NCBI GenBank assembly: GCA_963698135.1
Contig: CAVOPP010000011.1
Location: 198,954 to 230,953, forward strand
Reading direction: 5' to 3'
DNA from: an uncultured Methanobacteriaceae archaeon
GTDB lineage: Archaea > Methanobacteriota > Methanobacteria > Methanobacteriales > Methanobacteriaceae
Length of the DNA stretch: 32,000 nt
The notes under the pieces are model-generated. The model was not told the DNA's origin and did not search any database. It saw only the letters and a program-made list of their open reading frames with translations. Of this stretch, positions 19,100 to 26,756 are shown piece after piece; within the stretch, counting starts at the first letter, position 1, and every line of letters begins with the position of its first letter. Made by a program: the position numbers and the translations under genes.

Positions 19100-19627
19100 T
19101 TATGATTTTGCTAAGTATTTAGCCTTCGTTACATGAGATTTACCATGAACTAGACAATAATCAGCGTCACAAGCACTGCAAACCCACATTCCTTCCGGAC
19201 ATGAGCTTCCACGTTCGTATTTTACCTTCCCTAACTTTTTACAGTAGGGACAGTAATTTTTGAATTTTGATGTGTGTTCCTTGTAATCCTGGTGTAAACT
19301 GCAAGAACATCGGCCAGTTGATTCCACGTATTCTGAAGTTGCATAAACTTTGGAAGCCCCTACCTTAGCTAAATAGGATTTAGTGGATTTTCTGGTTTTT
19401 TTCTTGTATTTATGGTACTTTCTGTATTTCTTATACTTATTGTACTTCTTGTACTTCTTGTATTTTTTATATTTCTTGTATTTTTTATATTTCTTATATG
19501 CATCCACAGCAGGTGCTTTAGTTACCTGTGCAGTTACTTTTGTAGTATCTACATTTTTGGATACATTAATTTCTCCAAAAATCGGCACAATGGACACCAC
19601 CATACAAGTTGCTAGTGCCAGGGCCAT
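19100..19627 (-). CDS. secreted Lys/Tyr-repeat protein with C-terminal 8-Cys zinc-ribbon-like domain
   Basis: A hydrophobic N-terminus (ALALATCMVVSIVPIFG) is followed by 11 consecutive Y-x-K triplets. The C-terminal part reads CSCSLH...CPYC...C...CSAC...C..H. A probable in-frame extension to ATA 19648 / ATT 19645 sits behind a GGAGG. Confidence 0.6.
   Translation of the reverse strand: MALALATCMVVSIVPIFGEINVSKNVDTTKVTAQVTKAPAVDAYKKYKKYKKYKKYKKYKKYNKYKKYRKYHKYKKKTRKSTKSYLAKVGASKVYATSEYVESTGRCSCSLHQDYKEHTSKFKNYCPYCKKLGKVKYERGSSCPEGMWVCSACDADYCLVHGKSHVTKAKYLAKS
19400..19498 (-). repeat. in-frame 9-bp/18-bp tandem repeat encoding (Tyr-x-Lys)11
   Basis: YKK x6, YNK, YKK, YRK, YHK, YKK. The plus strand shows cttgtactt cttgtactt and tatttcttgtatttttta x2. 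Confidence 0.9.
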
Positions 19628-19724
19628 AATTGCTCTTCGCGTAATTATACCGCCTCCATGTCCAAATTAGGAAAATACCCAATTTAGAGCACATTCTAGA
19701 CAATAGATATGAAGTCTACCTTCT

Positions 19725-19738
19725 CATATAAATGTTTT
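19725..19738 (-). promoter_or_regulatory. candidate archaeal BRE/TATA promoter for the Lys/Tyr-repeat protein gene
   Basis: The minus strand reads CCAAAACATTTATATG, matching the methanogen AAANNTTTATATA-type consensus. It lies about 75-80 nt upstream of the candidate start codons. Confidence 0.35.
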
Positions 19739-20454
19739 GGTCAAAAATTGGAAAAAAAGAGTTATTAGGGCTCTTTTTTTTCTATAAAGAGCTCTTAGAA
19801 GTTATTGAAAAAAGAAGTTAGTGAGCAGTGCTAATTAATGGCAATTTAGGCCTTATACCAGCAAATAATGCTTTTTTTCTGAAAAAAAGGCTTTTAATTT
19901 CTTTTAATCTCGACTCACAGATATCCAAATAGGATTTAAATATTGATAAATAAGCGATTTATAGTTTAAAAAGAGTGAATTAACCTTATTTTAAACTAAA
20001 GGCCGCTTATAAATATTTTTAATAAAAAAATGTGTTAAATACCTTAATTTAAACACAAAATACCCTATGGTGATTTTTTTGATTTTTAAGTTTTTATAAT
20101 TATTTCAAAATACTGAAAAATATCTTAAAATTGATTTCATAACTAATAAGAGCAAAATATATAATAAATATCCAAATAAACTTTTAAAAAAGTTTTTTTT
20201 AATAAAAAATTTCTTCATTTAAAAAATTCAAGATTCCAGCTTTTAATCAGCCATTTATTTACCTATATTCTGAAATTTTAATTTAATTTCCAGGTGAAAC
20301 AAATTCTATTATTAAGAATTTGATATTTTGAAAAATTTGGAAAAATTCGAAATGATTAAAATTATTTTCTAATTAAGATTATTTCAATTTATTTCATTAT
20401 TCTCCAGACGGTCTACCATAAGACATTATAGTTCAGGAGCACTAATATTATTCA

Positions 20455-21570
20455 ATGAATACTATGCGCAAAATGCAGGTCCTGAGCGATACCGCACAGT
20501 TCGATCTGTGTGACTATGTGAACCATCAAACGCAGTCCCGGCCTAATTTACCGGGGATTTATTACAGTACAGTGAGTGGTGGCTGCCAGGTTCCGTTATT
20601 TAAAGTTTTAATGACCAATAAATGCCGTAATGATTGCAAATATTGTGTTAATCATAGTAAGAGAAATTTTACCAGAATGGAACTTACTCCGGAAGAATTG
20701 ACACGGGTTTTCTTGAATTATTATCAAAATAAATATGTAGAAGGATTATTTTTAAGTTCAGGGATTTCTGGAGATATTGATCCATCCATGGAGAAAGTGG
20801 TGGAAGTAGCCCGTCTTTTAAGATTAGAGCATGGTTATTCAGGTTATATTCACCTGAAAATTCTTCCCGGTTCATCAAAAGACCTTATTAAAAGGGCTAT
20901 GGGTTTAGCTAATAGAGTAAGTGTAAATATTGAGGCAGCGACCCCTGATGGCCTGGCAGAGCTTTCCAGTACCAAGGACTATCAAAAAGATATCATGCGT
21001 CGTTTAAAATGGATAAGAAATATCCATAATAAAGATCCACTTTACGCCCCTTCTGGTCAAACTACCCAGTTGATTGTGGGGGCCACCGATGAAACTGACG
21101 AAGATATCTTGAACAGGGTTAAGTGGCTTTATGATAAATTAGATGTTAAAAGAAGCTATTTTAGTAGTTTTAAACCACTGGAAGATACACCCCTGCAAAA
21201 TAGGGGAGAACCCCACCCTAAAAGATCAAATCGACTTTATCAGGCCGATGCCCTTTTGAATTCCTATAATTTTGACTTAAAAGAGCTTATTTTTCAGGAC
21301 AGTGGACTTTTAAATGTAGGAGAGGATCCTAAATATTCAGCAGCACTGGAAATGGATATTTTCCCTGTAGAAATAAATCAAGCACCTTACCGTCATTTAA
21401 TCCGGGTCCCGGGAATAGGTACTGTATCTGCTAAAAAGATTATAGTTATTCGTAAAAAGAGACCATTTACTAAATTGGAAGAATTGAAAAAATTAGGTGT
21501 GGTCGTGGGAAGAGCTGAACCATTTATTAAACTTAAAGGAATTTATCAGACCGCGCTGGATGTTTTTTAA
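20455..21570 (+). CDS. radical SAM protein with C-terminal helix-hairpin-helix, putative DNA modification/repair radical SAM family
   Basis: CRNDCKYCVN (CxxxCxxC). The N-terminal KMQVLSDTAQFDLCDY resembles the conserved start of the putative DNA modification/repair radical SAM family. The C-terminal IRVPGIGTVSAKKIIVIRKK is an HhH motif. Confidence 0.7.
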   Translation: MNTMRKMQVLSDTAQFDLCDYVNHQTQSRPNLPGIYYSTVSGGCQVPLFKVLMTNKCRNDCKYCVNHSKRNFTRMELTPEELTRVFLNYYQNKYVEGLFLSSGISGDIDPSMEKVVEVARLLRLEHGYSGYIHLKILPGSSKDLIKRAMGLANRVSVNIEAATPDGLAELSSTKDYQKDIMRRLKWIRNIHNKDPLYAPSGQTTQLIVGATDETDEDILNRVKWLYDKLDVKRSYFSSFKPLEDTPLQNRGEPHPKRSNRLYQADALLNSYNFDLKELIFQDSGLLNVGEDPKYSAALEMDIFPVEINQAPYRHLIRVPGIGTVSAKKIIVIRKKRPFTKLEELKKLGVVVGRAEPFIKLKGIYQTALDVF

Positions 21571-21611
21571 TTTAATATTATATATTATGTATTGTGATAA
21601 CCTAAAATGAA

Positions 21612-21660
21612 TTATAAGTTATAACTTATAAGTTATGTGTTATAATTTATAACTTATAAT
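21612..21660. repeat. heptad array B: seven phased 7-bp units TTATAAN in the convergent gap downstream of the ParA partner gene
   Basis: Read directly: TTATAAG TTATAAC TTATAAG TTATGTG TTATAAT TTATAAC TTATAAT. It contains the perfect 20-bp palindrome TTATAAGTTATAACTTATAA (21612-21631) and the 16-bp palindrome ATAACTTATAAGTTAT (21621-21636). Confidence 0.9.
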
Positions 21661-21703
21661 AAAAATATTTTAAAAAAAATATTATTTAATGAATTTAAAG
21701 TGA

Positions 21704-22270
21704 CTATAATTCGTCAAATAGATCCCATATCTCAGGATATTTCTCTTTTACGGCATCTTCAATTAATTTAGAAGCTTCTTTACTGATACTAAATTCTGGC
21801 TGAGTTTTTTTAAGATACCTTAAAACTGCCGCCGAACGAGAAGACCAGAGAGTTATCCGAGGATTTTTTCTAACATCACTTGTTACCATGTTTATTCTTT
21901 CAGCATCAGCAGAAATTGGTTTTTTATTACCCGATTCTTTACTCTCAGAATATTTTTCAGTTGATAAAACCTCTGCTGATTCATTGGTTTTTTTATTAGA
22001 ACTAGATGAAGATGATTTGGTGGATTTTGTAGAATTAGATTTTTTTCTTTTACTTGACTTTTTAACAGATTCGATTTTAGAATTATATGTATCTGAATCT
22101 TTAATGCTATCTGATTTTTTCTTTAAAATATCTTTTTCGTCTTTATCAGACTCAAAGCTCCCTGATTCCTCTTGAGGCTCTTCTCTAGTTTTGGATTTAA
22201 TAAGAGCGTCCAAACCCATTCCTAATCCCGAACTTTTTGAAGGAGATTTACGTCGGGCCATTTTAACCAT
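21704..22270 (-). CDS. ParA partner protein: Spo0J-like N-terminal peptide + Ser/Lys-rich disordered linker + C-terminal RHH-like domain (SegB/omega-like centromere-binding candidate)
   Basis: Its start overlaps the parA stop (ATGGTTAAAATG; alternative ATG at 22261). The N-terminus RRKSPSKSSGLGMGLDALIKSK resembles the ParB/Spo0J GLGRGLDALL ParA-activating peptide. Residues about 25-130 are S/K/E/D low complexity. The C-terminal RITLWSSRSAAVLRYLKK..SISKEASKLIEDAVKEKY fits a strand-helix-helix pattern. No ParB/Srx or HTH domain was recognised. Confidence 0.6.
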   Translation of the reverse strand: MVKMARRKSPSKSSGLGMGLDALIKSKTREEPQEESGSFESDKDEKDILKKKSDSIKDSDTYNSKIESVKKSSKRKKSNSTKSTKSSSSSSNKKTNESAEVLSTEKYSESKESGNKKPISADAERINMVTSDVRKNPRITLWSSRSAAVLRYLKKTQPEFSISKEASKLIEDAVKEKYPEIWDLFDEL

Positions 22271-23033
22271 CCCGTTTGAGAAGTTCCTGGGCCAGTTTCA
22301 AATAGGCAGTAGTTCCAGCACTTTCTTGATCATAAAGAATACATGGTTTTCCATAACTGGGGGCCTCTGCCAACCTCACATTACGAGGTATGGTGGTTTT
22401 AAATATGTATTCCTTCTCACCAAAGTATTTTTTTACTTCTTGATGGACATCCCTAGCCAGACGTGTTCTAGAATCATACAAAGTTATTAAAATTCCCTTA
22501 ACCGGGGATGAACTCTGTAAACGTTCTTCTACAAGATTTATAGTTTTCAGTAAATCTGCCATTCCTTCCAAAGCATAGTATTCTGCTTGTATAGGTATTA
22601 TAACGCTATCTGATGCAACCAATGCATTTAAAGTGAGTATTCCCAGGGAAGGGGGAACATCAATCAATATATAATCAAACATTCCTTTAACAACTTTTAA
22701 TGAATCCTGTAAAATGGAATGGTAACCGATTTCTCTACTAAGTTCAACTTCTGCCCCACTAAGTGAAATATTACTTGGAACAAGGTATAAATCGTCCAGA
22801 ACAGTGGGAATCATGGCTTCTTCCATATTATTCTGCCGGGTCAACACAGAGTATATGGTATTTTCCAATTCTCCTTTTTGAACACCAAATCCCGTTGTAG
22901 CATTTCCCTGGGGATCCAGGTCAATAACCAGGACCTTCTTATCCATTAGAGCCAGTGCAGTCGACAAATTCACAGCTGTGGTTGTTTTTCCACACCCGCC
23001 TTTTTGATTAATAATTGAAATTACTTCACCCAT
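22263..23033 (-). CDS. parA: ParA/Soj family partition ATPase
   Basis: Deviant Walker A NQKGGCGKTTTAVNLSTALA, DLDPQGNAT, and end-to-end resemblance to chromosomal Soj. Start placed at ATG 23033 (GAGGT SD 6 nt upstream) rather than the listed TTG at 23048. Confidence 0.9.
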   Translation of the reverse strand: MGEVISIINQKGGCGKTTTAVNLSTALALMDKKVLVIDLDPQGNATTGFGVQKGELENTIYSVLTRQNNMEEAMIPTVLDDLYLVPSNISLSGAEVELSREIGYHSILQDSLKVVKGMFDYILIDVPPSLGILTLNALVASDSVIIPIQAEYYALEGMADLLKTINLVEERLQSSSPVKGILITLYDSRTRLARDVHQEVKKYFGEKEYIFKTTIPRNVRLAEAPSYGKPCILYDQESAGTTAYLKLAQELLKRDG

Positions 23034-23082
23034 GAAAAAACCTCGCAAGACTAGTTAAATTAAGATTTATGAGAATCATTTT

Positions 23083-23100
23083 ATTTTATATACATTTAAA
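23083..23100 (-). promoter_or_regulatory. candidate TATA box/promoter of the parA operon
   Basis: The minus strand reads TTTAAATGTATATAAAAT about 55 nt upstream of the parA ATG. Heptad array C lies immediately upstream of it. Confidence 0.3.
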
Positions 23101-23121
23101 GTCTCATTAATCTATTCTTAA

Positions 23122-23151
23122 TTATAATAATTATAAGTTATAAGTTATAAT
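23122..23151. repeat. heptad array C: TTATAAT-aa-TTATAAG TTATAAG TTATAAT upstream of parA
   Basis: Read directly: four perfect TTATAAN units with one 2-bp phase break. Degenerate units flank it (TTCTTAA 23115-23121, TATTTTG 23152-23158). It lies about 90-120 bp upstream of the parA start. Confidence 0.8.
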
Positions 23152-23372
23152 TATTTTGGTTATTGTAGAATCAATGCAGGTCTAATTATAGAATAATAAA
23201 CAATACTAACCTAATAGTGGCCTAACCATGTTTTATTAGATCATTTAGATAATTAGAGATTAAATTACATGAAAATAGATAAAAACTAAAAAAACAAAAT
23301 GAGTCAGAAAGAAAGAAAAAATGAAAAAAGAATGAGATATTAATCTAATTAGGAAATCAATTAGAAATCTTA

Positions 23373-25202
23373 TTAGAAATTAATTCTCTGGGAAAGCTTT
23401 AAGGGTAGTGGAAGGGCTCTGAAAGGCATATCCCTGGTTTCTTCTTTAATTATTTTTACCAGATCTTCTGTGCTCATGGCCTGCTTTTGGTTGGTTTCCC
23501 TAATGTTAATGGTTAGTTCTCCGCTTGAAAGCTCATTATCTCCAATAACCGCCACATAAGGCACCCAATCAGTGGCAGCATTCCTAATTTTTTTACCTAC
23601 TGTTTCCGGCCGATCATCAACATCCACCCGGACATTTTGATCCTTTAATTCACGGGCCAGTTCCAGGGCATAATCCATATGCCTTTCTGCAATAGGTAGG
23701 ATTCTGACCTGAGTAGGGGAAAGCCATACTGGTAACATAGGGGGTTTCTCATTCATTTCTATGGCAGTCTTTTCCAGCAAGCTGCAAATAACACGTTCTA
23801 TACTTCCGGTAGGGCTGCAGTGAAGGATAATTGGATAATCTTCTTCTTCATTTTCTTCCAGGAATGTTATACCAAATCTTTCTCCGCTTTCCACATCAAT
23901 CTGTACTGTGGGATTTTCAATAGGTCTTCCCAGATAATCTATGGCTGCAAAGTCCATTTTAGAAATCCAGTAGTGTTTTCTCTCAGGTAGAATTTCCAGA
24001 AGCACTGGTTTTCCTATTTTACTTGCCGAAGCATGCATCCATTCTTTATATTCGTTGTAAAAGTCCTGGGTGGCCCGGAATATGACTTCGTAATTCACAT
24101 TGAAGTCCTCTCCGGTTTGCATACAAAGGTCTATCTGCCGGTCAAATTCCACCAGTGATTGGCCTAAATCCCGACAAACTGTGTGAAGATCCGGCATGGT
24201 GAATCCACGCAGACGTTTAAGACCCACAACTTCTCCTTTTTTCTCCATCCGGAAACTGTAAGTAGAAAGTTCGTATATCCGGGCTGGTAAGTTCTTCCAG
24301 GTGAGGAATGAATCAGATAAAACTCTAAAAGCACCAAAACAACAGGCGTATCGTAGCATGAGCTCTTTTTTCTTGTGACCCATCCGATACTGCCTTTCTC
24401 CGAATTTCTCAGCATGCACCCGAATAGCATCGTCTGCCAGATCATACATAATTGGAGTTTCCACCGGCATGGCCCCTTCTTTGGTTACCAGGAGATAGAC
24501 GTAATCCGCCAGCAAGTCCCTAATTAAACGGCCTTTAGGATACCATCGAAGGTGTCCCACATCAGCAGAAGGCTCATAATCTGCCAATCCCTTTTCTTTC
24601 ATTAATTTGACGTGAGGCGGTTCTTCACCAGATGATTCTGATTTTCCCAGTTCATATTTGGTGAGCTGTTCCAGGTCTTTGTTGTGGAACTCAAATTCTT
24701 CAGGAGATATAAGCTGTCCTTTATCCATAATATACCATTTGGATTCCTCTCCTTTTTCCTTCTCTTTTTCCTCGGTTTTTTGAGAAGTAATGGTTCGGGA
24801 GAGTTCTGATAAAGGGTGTCCTTTACAGGAAACTTCAAAGGATTTGTACCATCCAAATGGTACCCGGGCCACTTTAATGTCCTTTTTTGCCAGTTCAGAT
24901 TCAATTTCAACCAGTATCTTTTTAGCAGCATCAGGAGAACTTAAAGAAGAGCTAAGGTGAGCATATGGATAAACTACTACGTTTTCTGCTCCTACTTTAG
25001 AGAAAACGTCTGCTATTTCTTTTACCGCGTTTTCCACTACACCATGCATGTCAGATTCGTCTTCTTTTTCTACGGCAGTGAAAGCTACTAAAGAGTTTTC
25101 AAATGAACCTTTCTTCTTTTCATCGTCTATTTTTTCAGCTATTTTTGTTTTGGACTTGGTTTGATACTTTAAATAATCAGAATGAATTAAAAGTACGCGC
25201 AT
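23373..25202 (-). CDS. thrS: threonyl-tRNA synthetase, archaeal type with N-terminal editing domain
   Basis: [13 protein letters not shown]... is the archaeal ThrRS editing-domain start. The class II core motifs and the C-terminal anticodon-binding domain are present (609 aa). Confidence 0.95.
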   Translation of the reverse strand: MRVLLIHSDYLKYQTKSKTKIAEKIDDEKKKGSFENSLVAFTAVEKEDESDMHGVVENAVKEIADVFSKVGAENVVVYPYAHLSSSLSSPDAAKKILVEIESELAKKDIKVARVPFGWYKSFEVSCKGHPLSELSRTITSQKTEEKEKEKGEESKWYIMDKGQLISPEEFEFHNKDLEQLTKYELGKSESSGEEPPHVKLMKEKGLADYEPSADVGHLRWYPKGRLIRDLLADYVYLLVTKEGAMPVETPIMYDLADDAIRVHAEKFGERQYRMGHKKKELMLRYACCFGAFRVLSDSFLTWKNLPARIYELSTYSFRMEKKGEVVGLKRLRGFTMPDLHTVCRDLGQSLVEFDRQIDLCMQTGEDFNVNYEVIFRATQDFYNEYKEWMHASASKIGKPVLLEILPERKHYWISKMDFAAIDYLGRPIENPTVQIDVESGERFGITFLEENEEEDYPIILHCSPTGSIERVICSLLEKTAIEMNEKPPMLPVWLSPTQVRILPIAERHMDYALELARELKDQNVRVDVDDRPETVGKKIRNAATDWVPYVAVIGDNELSSGELTINIRETNQKQAMSTEDLVKIIKEETRDMPFRALPLPLKLSQRINF

Positions 25203-25479
25203 TTAATCACCTTCTTCTATGAAGAGGGGTATAATCTTCTTCTAGAATTAATATAAAATTGTCTATAAATAAAATCTGCAATATTATTATATAAGATTAT
25301 CCTCATGATGATAATAAAATTTCTTTTTAATAAAATATCAAGCAATTTCTTCGAATAAAAAATAAGAAAAATTGAAAAAAACTTATTTTTAAAGAAAATC
25401 AGTGAAAAATTAGATAATTAGATTTAATTAAATATTAAAAAATTAAAAAATTTTAATTTCAAGGTTTAAAGACTTTTTT

Positions 25480-26277
25480 TTACTTCTTTTCTGGCCTTTT
25501 AGGCATGTCTCCTTTCCACATGGTCTCAAATACATTGGCATAGTTCTGGGCAATTTCCTGATACTGATTCCAGACCCCAATGGCGCTTTGGGCCACCGCC
25601 CTTTTTTCTTTTCCTGAAAACTTAGAAAATATAAGCATCATTTCTTTGCCATCCCTTACAATCATTTTAACAAAGGGTATCTGATAAATCCTAACCTCGG
25701 CCTTTATTCCATCCAATTCCCGGGCCATGTCAATCTTTTCCTCGTCAATGACTGTAAAAGGAGCAGCCATTATTTTTGTTTTCACACCCTTACGTGAGGC
25801 CTGATTAATCTTTTCTTTAAGACTGTCTGCTTCGTCTTTAAACATGAAGCCCGCCCTAATGTTTATGCTTTCTTTAGCCCGGGATATGATTTCCATTTCT
25901 TTCCGAATTATCTTTTCAGGGCCGTGAATAAGCCAGATGGGCGCAGGTAACTTGGAAATTTGGCTTTCATAATTACTGGTAAGTTCCAGTTCAGCTTCTT
26001 CCAGGTCTTCAATAAGTTTTTGCTTGGTTCGATTAAAAACTTCTGCCGGTGGTACCACATTATATTTTAATGGCCTTCCTCTCTCAATTTCCACAAATCC
26101 CTTAAGGGCCATTCCTTTTAAAATATCGTATATCCTGGATCGAGGTACCTTAGAAGCCATACTAATCTCAGTAGCTGTTCCTGATATCATAGAAGTCAAT
26201 GCCAAATATGTAGTTGCCTCATAATCCGTTAAACCTATTGTTTTCAGTGAATTCCACGTTTTTTGATCTACAGGCAC
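25480..26277 (-). CDS. TrmB family transcriptional regulator
   Basis: N-terminal winged helix LKTIGLTDYEATTYLALTSMISGTATEISMASKVPRSRIYDILKGMALKGFVE plus a C-terminal TrmB-type effector domain. Confidence 0.85.
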   Translation of the reverse strand: MPVDQKTWNSLKTIGLTDYEATTYLALTSMISGTATEISMASKVPRSRIYDILKGMALKGFVEIERGRPLKYNVVPPAEVFNRTKQKLIEDLEEAELELTSNYESQISKLPAPIWLIHGPEKIIRKEMEIISRAKESINIRAGFMFKDEADSLKEKINQASRKGVKTKIMAAPFTVIDEEKIDMARELDGIKAEVRIYQIPFVKMIVRDGKEMMLIFSKFSGKEKRAVAQSAIGVWNQYQEIAQNYANVFETMWKGDMPKRPEKK

Positions 26278-26487
26278 TTTATCAATCCCTTAAGTAATTA
26301 TATTATTTTTAAACGGTTTTTAAGTTTAATATCGTATAAATTCTTAATAACTGTTTTTTAAGCGAGATTTGGATTTATTGTGTTAGATAATTTAGTTTCC
26401 TCGTTTTCAATCTAAATTTCAGTAAGAGAAACCTATAATTAAATATTGTTTTTTAAATATTTGTTTCATTTTATACTCTTTTAGTGA

Positions 26488-26505
26488 CAAAAACTATTTA
26501 TAGTT
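26488..26505 (+). promoter_or_regulatory. candidate BRE/TATA promoter for the rubredoxin-hcp unit
   Basis: CAAAAACTATTTATAGTT lies about 45-60 nt upstream of the rubredoxin ATG, with GGAG 11 nt before the ATG. Confidence 0.35.
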
Positions 26506-26550
26506 TGCTGATAAGGTTTAATACAGGGAAAATATCTGGAGACCTTAAAA

Positions 26551-26706
26551 ATGAAATACCGATGCATAGTGTGCGATTACATATACAATCCGGAAAATGG
26601 AGACCCCGACAATGGAATAGAGCCTGGAATCTCCTTTGAAGACCTACCTGATGATTGGGTCTGTCCTATTTGCTTTGTAGGCAAAGACCATTTTGAGGCC
26701 CTATAA
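26551..26706 (+). CDS. rubredoxin (51 aa; below the ORF-track size cut-off)
   Basis: Hand translation gives [51 protein letters not shown]. The CxxC...CPxC motifs with the DDW and YNPE motifs are diagnostic of rubredoxin. Confidence 0.85.
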   Translation: MKYRCIVCDYIYNPENGDPDNGIEPGISFEDLPDDWVCPICFVGKDHFEAL

Positions 26707-26756
26707 ACTACTGTGAATGTGATTGAAATTAATAAAATAAATTAAGAGGAGATAAA

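Noticed and set aside
19383-19670. Plus-strand ORFs 19383-19670 and 19412-19615 encoding FLY/LVF repeats
   Set aside because: They are the mirror image of the minus-strand (Tyr-x-Lys) repeat. The minus-strand gene has a signal peptide, a Cys-rich domain and an SD context, and the plus-strand frames are pure low complexity.
21888-22490. Plus-strand ORFs 21888-22175 and 22191-22490
   Set aside because: They are antisense to the ParA partner and parA genes. The first mirrors the low-complexity Ser/Lys linker.
24164-24931. Minus-strand alternative-frame ORFs 24164-24445 and 24602-24931
   Set aside because: They are fully embedded out of frame in thrS, with a composition typical of off-frame translation.
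26395-26441. CRISPR-repeat-like string GTTTCCTCGTTTTCAATC with partial inverted match GAGAAAC
   Set aside because: It is a single occurrence with no repeat-spacer periodicity, and no cas genes are in the window.
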